Notes under the pieces: generated by a model
Databases searched by the model: none
What the model was told of the DNA's origin: nothing
What the model saw: the letters and a program-made list of their open reading frames with translations, nothing else
Shown: positions 7,810 through 16,703 of the stretch, in pieces
Position numbering within the stretch: the first letter of the stretch is position 1
Layout: every line of letters begins with the position of its first letter
Assembly (NCBI GenBank): GCA_963801355.1
Contig: CAWDEM010000008.1
Coordinates: 1,888,001-1,952,000 of the forward strand
Source: Ignavibacteriota bacterium
GTDB taxonomy: Bacteria > Bacteroidota > Ignavibacteria > UBA10030 > UBA6906
Direction of reading: 5' to 3'
Length of the DNA stretch: 64,000 bases
Translations under genes and position numbers: made by a program

Positions 7810-8979
7810 TCAAAGTTTGACCTCGAGCAGTCTCTTCGAACTTGCCCGGAGTTCCGTGAGTCCTGCAAGCAACACGACAATCGCAAGTATGTATGGCACG
7901 ACATGATTAATCTCGAAGAGCATTCCGGCAATAACCGGAGAAACCGCCATGCTGGCCGACATGATGGACGTCAGAATACCGATCGTCTCCCCACGCCGCA
8001 ATGGCCCCGCACCTCCGGCTACCTGACTCGTGACAACCACACGCAAAACCGCCTGTCCCGTTCCCAGTCCAAGCAGCCCCACGTAGAAGAGCGGAAGTAT
8101 CTCAACGGCAATGCAGACAAGCGCAACGACCAGAATCATCAGCATGATCTCCTGCAATCTGGCCTCATCGAACCTCTTCAACCAGAAGCGCTCCAGAAGA
8201 AACACCTGATTGACGACAACAACTACACCCACCACCGAAAATGCCATCCCCGCTGCGAAGGAACTGAACCCGAAGACATCTTTCACAAAAAGCGCGAACA
8301 CGGACTGCCCGATCACGAATGCAACGGCGAATGTCGTCCAGGTCACGTAGAGCGGACGCAATGGTTTGTCACGCCAGGCACGGATTAACGGCGACAACGG
8401 ATGAAAGTCGATCGCCTTCTCTTTGGAACGGTTGCGATTCGATTCCGGCAAGAAAAGAATCGCGCTCACTGCATTCAACGATGCCAGGATGCCTGCCACC
8501 CAGAACGGGAATACGTGCGAGACTTTGCTGAGCACGCCGCCCAAGATTGGCCCGAGGAGAAATCCGATCCCGAAGATAGCGCTCAAAATACCAAGATTTC
8601 TGGTCCTCTCCTTTTCATCCCTGGCAATGTCGACCATGTATCCCTGCGCGCTCGTGAAGTTGCCGGCTGCCGCACCATCGATAATGCGTCCCAGGAAGAG
8701 CATCCAGACCGATCTCGCGCTAGCGAATACGAACCAGCCGATCGCTGTGCTGATGATGCTCATAATGATCACCGGACGCCGGCCGATGCGATCAGAAAGT
8801 GCTCCAAGGAGTGGTGCGCTGATGAATGAGAAAACAGAGAACGACGCGAAGAGCAGCGTGACGACAGTGGGAGAGACCCCGAATTCCGTTGCGTAGAATG
8901 GCAGGATCGGAATGACAATCCCGAATCCCACAACGTCGACCAGAACAGTGAAAAATACGATATATGTTTCGCGTCGCAT
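7810..8979 (-). CDS. MFS transporter, TetA/DHA1-like
   Basis: Motif A GALSDRIGRRPV, GRIIDG and GFLLGPILGG; about 12 TM segments. Confidence 0.9.
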   Translation of the reverse strand: MRRETYIVFFTVLVDVVGFGIVIPILPFYATEFGVSPTVVTLLFASFSVFSFISAPLLGALSDRIGRRPVIIMSIISTAIGWFVFASARSVWMLFLGRIIDGAAAGNFTSAQGYMVDIARDEKERTRNLGILSAIFGIGFLLGPILGGVLSKVSHVFPFWVAGILASLNAVSAILFLPESNRNRSKEKAIDFHPLSPLIRAWRDKPLRPLYVTWTTFAVAFVIGQSVFALFVKDVFGFSSFAAGMAFSVVGVVVVVNQVFLLERFWLKRFDEARLQEIMLMILVVALVCIAVEILPLFYVGLLGLGTGQAVLRVVVTSQVAGGAGPLRRGETIGILTSIMSASMAVSPVIAGMLFEINHVVPYILAIVVLLAGLTELRASSKRLLEVKL

Positions 8980-8985
8980 AAGGGG

Positions 8986-9651
8986 TCACTTCCCTCCCCT
9001 GCGATGGTGCAGTTGTACTGCAACCTGACTCAGCGGCACCTCCTCAAGCTCCATCATGACCAAAGCGTGATACAGCAGGTCCGCCACCTCCCACGCAATC
9101 TCGTCCTTACTGTGGTTCTTTGCTGCAATGATTACTTCCCCTGCCTCCTCGCCAACCTTTTTCAGGATTCGATCAATCCCACCGTCAAGCATCCTGACGG
9201 TATACGACCCCTCCGGGCGGTTCACCCTCCGGCTGTGAATCACACGGGCCACCTCCCCAAGGATCTCGCCCAGGGCGCCCCTATCTGTCTCTTCGACCAG
9301 AGACTTCTTCGCATCTCCTCCGATCGGCTCAGGCATCGTGCGATTCAGGTCGAAACAGGAGTATGTTCCGGTGTGGCATGCCACCCCCCTCTGCCGCACA
9401 CGTATAAGGAGCGCATCTCCGTCACAGTCCTGCCGGATCGCCACTACGGTCTGTGTGTTTCCGGAGGTCTCCCCTTTGTGCCATAATCTTTGCCTGCTCC
9501 TACTCCAAAAATACGTCTCGCCTGTTTCCAATGTCCGCTTCAGGCTCTCGCTGTTCATGTAAGCAAGCGTGAGCACCTCCCCGCTCTCTGCATCCTGTAC
9601 AATCGCAGGAATCAGACCCCGTTCGTCAAATCGCAGCTGGTCGTGATTCAT
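8986..9651 (-). CDS. hisIE: Bifunctional phosphoribosyl-AMP cyclohydrolase / phosphoribosyl-ATP pyrophosphatase
   Basis: [25 protein letters not shown] and EVADLLYH motifs. Confidence 0.96.
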   Translation of the reverse strand: MNHDQLRFDERGLIPAIVQDAESGEVLTLAYMNSESLKRTLETGETYFWSRSRQRLWHKGETSGNTQTVVAIRQDCDGDALLIRVRQRGVACHTGTYSCFDLNRTMPEPIGGDAKKSLVEETDRGALGEILGEVARVIHSRRVNRPEGSYTVRMLDGGIDRILKKVGEEAGEVIIAAKNHSKDEIAWEVADLLYHALVMMELEEVPLSQVAVQLHHRRGGK

Positions 9652-10406
9652 CGTACCGGTACTCCCTTGTTTCTCAGGTATTCTTTGAGTTGTCCGATGC
9701 TCATTTCACGTGTATGAAAAAGGGAAGCAGCCAGTACCGCACTGGCTCCACCGGCCGTCAGAGCCTCGGCGAAATGCTCCAGTACCCCCGCACCTCCCGA
9801 GGCAATCACCGGAATGGAGACCACCGAGGTCACCGCCCGCAGCAAATCAATATCATACCCCACCTGCGTTCCGTCACGATCCATGCTCGTCAGGAGAATT
9901 TCGCCTGCCCCCCGCTGCTCGACTTCCCTGGCCCAGAGAAGTGCATCCCGGCCCGTCGCTTTGCGACCTCCGTAGATGAACACCTCCCACCCCTCCCCCT
10001 CCTGCTTCCGACGTGCATCGATCGCCGCGACGACACATTGTGTTCCAAACCGCTCTGCAGCTTCCGTCAGGACCTCCGGCCGCTGTACCGCGGCGGTATT
10101 CAAGCTGACCCTGTCCGCCCCTGCATTCAGCAGATGACGAACATCATCCGCAGTACGCACTCCACCACCCACAGTCAAGGGTATGAAAATGCTGTCAGCA
10201 ACGGACTCGATGACGTGGATAAGCGCTTTGCGTTCTTCATGCGAAGCGGTGATATCGAGAATCACCAGTTCGTCCGCACCTTCATCATTGTAAAACCGGG
10301 CGTGGACAGATGGATCGCCCATCTCGCGGATGTCAACGAAATTCACGCCTTTGACGACCTTGCCGTCACGAACGTCAAGACAGGGGAGTATGCGTTTGCG
10401 TAACAT
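9648..10406 (-). CDS. hisF: Imidazole glycerol phosphate synthase cyclase subunit
   Basis: RILPCLDV...VVKGVNF and [15 protein letters not shown]. Confidence 0.97.
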   Translation of the reverse strand: MLRKRILPCLDVRDGKVVKGVNFVDIREMGDPSVHARFYNDEGADELVILDITASHEERKALIHVIESVADSIFIPLTVGGGVRTADDVRHLLNAGADRVSLNTAAVQRPEVLTEAAERFGTQCVVAAIDARRKQEGEGWEVFIYGGRKATGRDALLWAREVEQRGAGEILLTSMDRDGTQVGYDIDLLRAVTSVVSIPVIASGGAGVLEHFAEALTAGGASAVLAASLFHTREMSIGQLKEYLRNKGVPVR

Positions 10407-10507
10407 GGGGTGAGGTGCTTGATTTCAGGTCTAGTTTCCCGCCGGCTCGGGCTCAGGATTACAGGTCAAGGGTTAAGTGTCATATATCAAGGGACACGGG
10501 TACGGGG

Positions 10508-11233
10508 TTACGAGTTAAGGGACGCGATCAGCGTGCGAAGGTCAATCGCTTCTTCGTACAGCGCGCGGCCGATGATGACACCCGTGATGTGCCTCTGGTT
10601 CAGGCCGATAATATTCACGACATCCGCCGCGCACGAGATGCCGCCGGAAGCAATGATATCCATGCCAATCGTGCCCAGGTCTTTCAGCGTTTTGAGGTCG
10701 GGGCCGGTCATCATGCCGTCACGGGCGACATCCGTCTGCAAAACCTCCCGCACGCCAAGGTCGTCTAATCGCACGGCAACGTCCATCACATCCATGTCGG
10801 TCACATGCGTCCAGCCATGCGTGGTCACCTTACCGTCCACCGTATCCAGAGCAATAATGCAACGTTCGGGTCCTGTCTCCTCAAGAATTCCGGGCAAGGC
10901 TGCAAAATCCTGCAGGGCAAAGGTGCCAAGGACCACTTTTGCTGCGCCGGCATCAAAGGCCTCCCGGATCGCCTCACTCGAGCGCAGCCCGCCGCCGAAT
11001 TGCACAGCCACGCCTGTCTTTTCCACTATCCCCCGGAGAATATCGAGATTCCCGGATGAGCGCCCGAATGCCCCGTCGAGATTCACAACGTGAAGCTTCC
11101 GCGCTCCCTCGGAAACCCAGCGTATCGCCACGGCGATGGGATCCGCTGAATACTCCGTGACGGCATCGTCCCTCCCCTGCCGGAGCCTGACACATTTGCT
11201 CATCTTCAGATCGATGGCGGGTATGATGTCCAT
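10508..11233 (-). CDS. hisA: ProFAR isomerase
   Basis: IIPAIDL...CVRLRQG, GGGLRS, TDVARDGMMTGP and IASGGI. Confidence 0.96.
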   Translation of the reverse strand: MDIIPAIDLKMSKCVRLRQGRDDAVTEYSADPIAVAIRWVSEGARKLHVVNLDGAFGRSSGNLDILRGIVEKTGVAVQFGGGLRSSEAIREAFDAGAAKVVLGTFALQDFAALPGILEETGPERCIIALDTVDGKVTTHGWTHVTDMDVMDVAVRLDDLGVREVLQTDVARDGMMTGPDLKTLKDLGTIGMDIIASGGISCAADVVNIIGLNQRHITGVIIGRALYEEAIDLRTLIASLNS

Positions 11234-11275
11234 GGCTGACTTTCGTGCGCGACCCGGGAGAGTGCGCGCGCGTTC

Positions 11276-11863
11276 TTATGTTCCGCAGAACGACCTCAAG
11301 AGATCCAGGCCTGCATTCTGCGATTTTTCGGGATGAAACTGCACACCGTATACGTTTGCCTTCTGAACAGCCGCCGAGAAGGTAATGCCGTATTCGGTCG
11401 TGGCTACGGTCCACTCACTCGCCGGAGCGTAGTATGAGTGCACGAAGTAAAAGACCCCGGTACCATCGGGGAACAATCGGGATGATTTTGTTGGGATGAC
11501 GTCGTTCCAGCCAATCTGGGGAACGTGCAGTTCATGCGAAAACCGTTTCACCGTTCCCTCGAAAATTCCCAATCCCTGAGCGCCGGGCGATTCCTCGCTC
11601 TCTTCGAACAGCAACTGCATCCCCAGACAGATTCCCAGGAGGGGACGCCCCTGCGTTGCGTAGTGCAGCAGCGGTTCGCGGAGGCCAAGGGCATCGATCC
11701 GCTTGACCGCCTCGCCAAATGCGCCGACGCCGGGAAGGACCAGAGTTCCCGCACCGTCAATCGCAGCTGCAGAGGGCGTAATCAGCACTTCCTCACCCAG
11801 CGATTCGAAAGCCCGCCGGACATTTCTGAGATTGCCCATGCCGTAGTCAACGACGGCAATCAT
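11276..11863 (-). CDS. hisH: Imidazole glycerol phosphate synthase glutaminase subunit
   Basis: PGVGAF, GICLGMQ, YFVHSY and QFHPEKS. Confidence 0.97.
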   Translation of the reverse strand: MIAVVDYGMGNLRNVRRAFESLGEEVLITPSAAAIDGAGTLVLPGVGAFGEAVKRIDALGLREPLLHYATQGRPLLGICLGMQLLFEESEESPGAQGLGIFEGTVKRFSHELHVPQIGWNDVIPTKSSRLFPDGTGVFYFVHSYYAPASEWTVATTEYGITFSAAVQKANVYGVQFHPEKSQNAGLDLLRSFCGT

Positions 11864-12444
11864 AGCACACCTTTCGTCGAAGGGATCCCGTCACCACCGG
11901 TGGTGCGCACGGCTTCTCTCAACGCCCGGCCGAATGATTTGAACACTGCCTCCAACTGGTGATGAGCGTTGGTGCCGTACAGGAGCGCAACATGCAGGTT
12001 CATTTTTGCCTCGTTTGCCACCGCCTGAAAGAACTCCCGGGTCATTTCCGTCGGAAAGCCATTGATCATTTCGCGCGAGAACGTGGCAAGAAATGCGAGG
12101 TGAGGCCGTCCGCTGAGATCGATCACCGTGCGCGCAAGGGCGTCATCCATGGTGACAAAACCCGCACCGAAGCGTTCGATACCCCGTTTATCGCCGAGGG
12201 CCTCGTTGAGTGCGCGGCCGAAGGCCAATCCCACGTCTTCGATGAGATGGTGCTCATCGACATGAAGGTCACCTTGTGCTGCAATCGTCAGGTCCACGCG
12301 GCCGTGCTTACCTATATGCGCGAGCATATGATCGAAGAAACCCAACCCTGTGGCAATTGCTGTTGCGCCCGACCCGTCCAGTTCCATCGTGAGGCTGATG
12401 CGGGTTTCGGCTGTGGTGCGCTGCACACTGGCGGAGCGGCTCAT
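11860..12444 (-). CDS. hisB: Imidazoleglycerol-phosphate dehydratase (monofunctional)
   Basis: FFDHML, GDLHVDEHHLIED and NAHHQLEAVFK. Confidence 0.97.
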   Translation of the reverse strand: MSRSASVQRTTAETRISLTMELDGSGATAIATGLGFFDHMLAHIGKHGRVDLTIAAQGDLHVDEHHLIEDVGLAFGRALNEALGDKRGIERFGAGFVTMDDALARTVIDLSGRPHLAFLATFSREMINGFPTEMTREFFQAVANEAKMNLHVALLYGTNAHHQLEAVFKSFGRALREAVRTTGGDGIPSTKGVL

Positions 12445-13499
12445 AATGCCTCCCGGATCGCTTGTAAGAACGCCGTATTTTCCTCCGGGGTTCCGGTGGT
12501 GACGCGCAAGCCCCGCCCAAGCATCGGATACGACGACACATCGCGAATGAGAATTTCCTTCTTGAGGAGCGACGCGAACACGTCGGCCGGTTTCCGGTTG
12601 AGGGATTCAAACAGGAGGAAGTTGGCAGACGACGGGTAGACCCTGCAATTCCGCAGTCTCATCAGCCCGGCCCTCACACGCTCGCGTTCATCGACGAGTG
12701 CTGCAATCCATCCCTTGACCTGGTCCCACCGTTCCAGAAGCACTTCAGCGGCGACAAGCGTGAAGATGTTCACGCTGTAGGGTAATTTGATCTTGTTGAG
12801 CTGGCGCGCAATATCCACCGGGGCGAGTGCATAGCCGAACCGGAGCCCCGCCGCACCCATGGCTTTTGAGAATGTCTGGAGAATGATCAACCGGTCGTAG
12901 CGCATCAACAGATGCCGGAGCGAGCCGGAGGCGAAGTGAATGTAGGCTTCATCGAGTATCACCAGGCTCTCGGTCTCTTCGATGATACGCACGACGTCCG
13001 ATTCGGACATCAGTGTCCCTGTGGGGTTGTTCGGCGAGCAAATCACAACCAGACGCGCCTCTGTTCGCCGGGCCGCGGCAATGATGCCGTCCACGCTAAA
13101 GGAAAAATCGGGCGTCATCATAACTTCCACGACATCCGCCCCCAGGCCACGCGCGAGAATCTTGTAAAGCGTGAATGTCGGTTGACTGATAACCAGTGTC
13201 TGATTCCGTTCGAGCACCGACATGAAAATGAGCTGCAAGAGATCGTTGGATCCGTTTCCCAGGAGCGTCCCATCCGGAACCCAGCCGGCGTAGGACGCGA
13301 TTGCCTCGATCTGCCGTTGAGGGACAAAAGCCGGATAGCGCGACCATTGCATTGCGCCGACTCGTTCAAGGATCTCCTCCTTGATCTCTGGCGGGAGCTC
13401 GAAAGGGTTCTCATTCTGATTCAGCTTGATCCTGTGCGGAAACTGCTTCAGCGTGTACTCGTCGAGCGAGAGAATTTCGGGCCTGATGAGCTCTCCCAT
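12441..13499 (-). CDS. hisC: Histidinol-phosphate aminotransferase
   Basis: LNQNENP, GNGSND, SPNNPTG, DEAY and TFSKAMGAAGLRFG. Start set at MGELIRP. Confidence 0.95.
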   Translation of the reverse strand: MGELIRPEILSLDEYTLKQFPHRIKLNQNENPFELPPEIKEEILERVGAMQWSRYPAFVPQRQIEAIASYAGWVPDGTLLGNGSNDLLQLIFMSVLERNQTLVISQPTFTLYKILARGLGADVVEVMMTPDFSFSVDGIIAAARRTEARLVVICSPNNPTGTLMSESDVVRIIEETESLVILDEAYIHFASGSLRHLLMRYDRLIILQTFSKAMGAAGLRFGYALAPVDIARQLNKIKLPYSVNIFTLVAAEVLLERWDQVKGWIAALVDERERVRAGLMRLRNCRVYPSSANFLLFESLNRKPADVFASLLKKEILIRDVSSYPMLGRGLRVTTGTPEENTAFLQAIREAL

Positions 13500-14782
13500 C
13501 ACTGTCCTCTCCGGATGCGGACCGACGCTGCATGCCCCGCAAGCCCCTCGATGCCGGCCAGCACCTCGATGTGCGGCGCCAATTCCAGAAACCGCCGTTT
13601 CGTACACTGAATGATGTTGGTGAACTTAACAAAATCGTAGACGCTGAGTGCGGAACTGAACCGGGCTGTCCCCGACGTGGGCAGCGTGTGGTTGGGTCCC
13701 GCAAGGTAATCCCCCAGGGCTTCCGTCGACCACTCACCCACGAATATTGCACCTGCGTGTGTGATCCGCCGGACTATGTGCGAGGGGTTTCGCACAAGCA
13801 CCTCCAGGTGCTCGGGAGAAAATGCATTCGCCATTTCGATGGCCGCATCCATACTCTTGACGACAATGATGCAGCCGTTACGCTCGAAGGCCGGTCCTGC
13901 AATCGCCTTGCGCGGCGCGTCCAGAAGCTGCCGGTCGACTTCGGCTGACACGCGTCCGGCTAACGATGCCGAGGTGGTAATGCATACCGGGGAGGCAAGT
14001 TCGTCATGCTCCGCCTGTGCGATAAGGTCCGCAGCGATGAATGCAGGGTTCGCGGCCTCGTCGGCAATGACGACGACTTCCGTGGGGCCTGCGATCATGT
14101 CAATCCCGACAGTTCCGAATACCAATTGCTTGGCAGCGGCGACATAAGCGTTTCCAGGACCGGTGATCTTGTCCACGGACGCAATGGTCTGTGTGCCATA
14201 GGCAAACGCCCCGATCGCCTGAGCCCCGCCGATCCGGTAGACCTCCCCGACTCCGCATTCGTGGGCGGCAACAAGCACCTCGGGGAGAATCCTTCCCCCG
14301 GCGTCGCAGGGAGTGGCCATGACAATTTCGCCGACCCCTGCTATCCGGGCGGGCAGGGCATTCATGAGGACGGTCGAGGGATAGGCAGCCTTGCCACCGG
14401 GCACGTAGATACCCACGCGGGCGAGCGGAGAAAACCTCTGCTGCAGCCGCATACCATTCCGCCTTAATGTCCACGAACGCGGAAGCTGGCGCCTGTGGAA
14501 GCGGGTGATATTGGCAATGGCCTCCCGGAGGGCTCTCCGGTATCGGAGATCCACCTGCTCGTATGCGGAAGCAATTTCGGCTCCGGAAACCCTCAGGCCT
14601 ATCGAGTCGATGACCGGACAGTGCAGTGCGCGCGTGTACTCCAGGACCGCAGAATCTCCGCGCGCGCGGACGGCGTCCAGGATAGTACGGACACGATCAA
14701 GAATGGTGGAATCGGTTTCGCGTCCCCGGGAGATGCGCGCTTGCACCTCCTGGGGGTTTGCGGAATACTCAATGATTCGCAT
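13499..14782 (-). CDS. hisD: Histidinol dehydrogenase
   Basis: YVPGGKAAYPS, GGAQAI, GPGNAYV, AGPTE, QAEHD, PEHL and GPNHTLPT. Confidence 0.97.
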   Translation of the reverse strand: MRIIEYSANPQEVQARISRGRETDSTILDRVRTILDAVRARGDSAVLEYTRALHCPVIDSIGLRVSGAEIASAYEQVDLRYRRALREAIANITRFHRRQLPRSWTLRRNGMRLQQRFSPLARVGIYVPGGKAAYPSTVLMNALPARIAGVGEIVMATPCDAGGRILPEVLVAAHECGVGEVYRIGGAQAIGAFAYGTQTIASVDKITGPGNAYVAAAKQLVFGTVGIDMIAGPTEVVVIADEAANPAFIAADLIAQAEHDELASPVCITTSASLAGRVSAEVDRQLLDAPRKAIAGPAFERNGCIIVVKSMDAAIEMANAFSPEHLEVLVRNPSHIVRRITHAGAIFVGEWSTEALGDYLAGPNHTLPTSGTARFSSALSVYDFVKFTNIIQCTKRRFLELAPHIEVLAGIEGLAGHAASVRIRRGQ

Positions 14783-15401
14783 AGATCACTCCGTCCAGAT
14801 CTGTCAGCAAACGCTGCACAGCCTCACGCTTTGTCTTCATGACCGTCCGGTTCACAATGAGTTTCGCACTCACCTGGGCCACCTCTTGCGTCACAATCAA
14901 GCCGTTTTCTTTCAACGTGCGGCCGGTTTCAACAAGGTCCACAATCGCATCGGCGAGGCCGAGCTGCGGGGCGATCTCCACGGATCCTTCCAATTTGACG
15001 ATGTGGACGTGGTCATTATGCTCTGCAAAGAACCGGGCGGCCGTTCGCGGATACTTTGTGGCGATCTTCCATTGCCCCCCATCCGTGAGCGGACGGTCGA
15101 GAGGGACGGCGACAACCAACCGGCAGAGGCCGATCCGCAAATCCAGCGGTTCATAGACATCCGGCTCGCACTCTCTGAGCACATCGCTGCCGACAACCCC
15201 CACATCGGCCGCACCCGATTCTACATAGGTCGGCACATCCGCAGGTTTCAATGACACGAATGCGAATCGATTGTCACAATCCGGGAAAGTAAGGCGTCTT
15301 GAGACCCTGGAAAGATCGATACGGATCCCGGCGCGGCCGATGAGGTCCATCAGCGCATCCTGCAAGCGTCCCTTTGGCAGGGCGAAGAGCAGTGTATCCA
15401 T
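14769..15401 (-). CDS. hisG: ATP phosphoribosyltransferase, short form
   Basis: ALPKGRL, ATKYP and GSVEIAP...DLVETGRTLKENGL; 210 aa with no regulatory domain. Confidence 0.96.
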   Translation of the reverse strand: MDTLLFALPKGRLQDALMDLIGRAGIRIDLSRVSRRLTFPDCDNRFAFVSLKPADVPTYVESGAADVGVVGSDVLRECEPDVYEPLDLRIGLCRLVVAVPLDRPLTDGGQWKIATKYPRTAARFFAEHNDHVHIVKLEGSVEIAPQLGLADAIVDLVETGRTLKENGLIVTQEVAQVSAKLIVNRTVMKTKREAVQRLLTDLDGVIYANH

Positions 15402-16366
15402 TAGAGCGCTCCCGGTACGGCATCCATGGCAAGGGAGAATCCCACGGCGGGAAGGTCGACGCCGAATTCGCGTACGAGCGAGTCATAGCGGCCGCCGTTC
15501 CCCAGTTCCCTGTGTGCCCTGGCGCTGAAGAAGGTGAACATGATTCCGGTATAGTACTCCATCTCATCGATCTCCGTGAGGTCGTACACTATCCTGTCGG
15601 CCCACCGGGCGAGGGACCTGCCCAGGGAGCGCAAATGTGCGATCGCCGCCTGTGCATCGGATTGTGTCAACGCACCTTCAGCGACATCGAGGACGGACGC
15701 ATCGCCGATGCACCTCGCCAGAAGTTGCAGTTGATGCTCCGTTTCGGGTGCAGCTCCGATGTTCCGCAACTGATCCGCCAGGCCGCGGGCGTCCTTGTGA
15801 TCGATGAATGTCCTCACCCTTTCCCGGGCGGAGTCATCAAGCTGAAGCGTCGCAATCACACCCCGGAACACGTTTGCGTGATTAAGATGGATGCGCACGT
15901 CGGAGCACCCCAGCCTTTCCAGACACCGCATCGCGAGATCGATCACCTCGGCATCGCTGGATAGTCCGTTCGCTCCGATCAATTCGGCGCCGACCTGCCA
16001 TACTTCACTGTAATCTCCCCGCTTGGAGTCGGGCCGGCGGAACACATCGCCGCTGTACCAGAACCGGAGCGAACCAGTCGAGGTCCGAAGCCGGGATGAG
16101 ACGATGCGGGCGACCGCGGGCGTGAAATCTGCCCGGAGCGCAAGGAGGTGGTCTTCGCGATCGAGAAACTTGAATGCCCGTTCCCCGATGCTCTGATTGC
16201 CGCGCGTGTATGTATCAAGAAACTCAATCGTTGAAGGTCGGATTTCACCGTAGCCGGCCTTCGAGAACTCCGCTGCGAGGAGCGATTCTGCTGCCCGCCG
16301 TCGATCGGCTTCTTCGAAAAGCAGATCACGAAATCCGGAAGGAAGAGCAAGTAGTGATCGAGCCAT
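15401..16366 (-). CDS. hisZ: ATP phosphoribosyltransferase regulatory subunit
   Basis: HisRS-like motifs LPSGFRD, LRADFT, QVGAEL, YYTG and GGRYD; adjacent to short hisG. Start set at MARSLL with GGAG upstream. Confidence 0.92.
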   Translation of the reverse strand: MARSLLALPSGFRDLLFEEADRRRAAESLLAAEFSKAGYGEIRPSTIEFLDTYTRGNQSIGERAFKFLDREDHLLALRADFTPAVARIVSSRLRTSTGSLRFWYSGDVFRRPDSKRGDYSEVWQVGAELIGANGLSSDAEVIDLAMRCLERLGCSDVRIHLNHANVFRGVIATLQLDDSARERVRTFIDHKDARGLADQLRNIGAAPETEHQLQLLARCIGDASVLDVAEGALTQSDAQAAIAHLRSLGRSLARWADRIVYDLTEIDEMEYYTGIMFTFFSARAHRELGNGGRYDSLVREFGVDLPAVGFSLAMDAVPGAL

Positions 16367-16441
16367 ATGGCGACTAAACTCCGTCAAGGAACAAAGAGAA
16401 TAGGCATGTGTTGTCTGCGCCAGAACTACGTTATGCACCGC

Positions 16442-16483
16442 AAAAAGCAGAAAACCCCTCTTGGGGTTCCAAGAAGGGCTTTC
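16442..16483 (-). terminator. his attenuator terminator
   Basis: GAAAGCCCTTCTTGG-AACC-CCAAGAGGGGTTTTC hairpin plus TGCTTTTT, between the leader peptide and hisZ. Confidence 0.85.
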
Positions 16484-16511
16484 GGAAATCTCTCACCGTA
16501 GACCGGTTCTC

Positions 16512-16589
16512 TCAACCACCAAGAGTCAGGCGCCCCGCGCAATGGCGGCGATGGTGATGATTCAGAACCGTATTTACTGTGTTTTTCAT
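16512..16589 (-). CDS. hisL: his operon leader peptide MKNTVNTVLNHHHRRHCAGRLTLGG
   Basis: 25-codon ORF, below the ORF-track cut-off, with CAT CAC CAT CGC CGC CAT; lies between promoter and terminator upstream of the his operon. Confidence 0.88.
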   Translation of the reverse strand: MKNTVNTVLNHHHRRHCAGRLTLGG

Positions 16590-16597
16590 GACTTTTT

Positions 16598-16626
16598 AGT
16601 ATACAAAATGCACTTAAAAGAGTCAA
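16598..16626 (-). promoter_or_regulatory. his operon promoter
   Basis: TTGACT-N17-TATACT. Confidence 0.8.
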
Positions 16627-16647
16627 TATATGAGGAAGCCTGACTTC

Positions 16648-16700
16648 AAAGTCTGGCTTTAAAGTCTGAGTTTTTCCTCAGACTTTAAAGCCAGGGCTTT
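16648..16700 (-). terminator. Long hairpin after TonB receptor gene
   Basis: Perfect 18-bp inverted repeat CTGGCTTTAAAGTCTGAG/CTCAGACTTTAAAGCCAG directly after the stop codon. Confidence 0.7.
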
Positions 16701-16703
16701 TTC

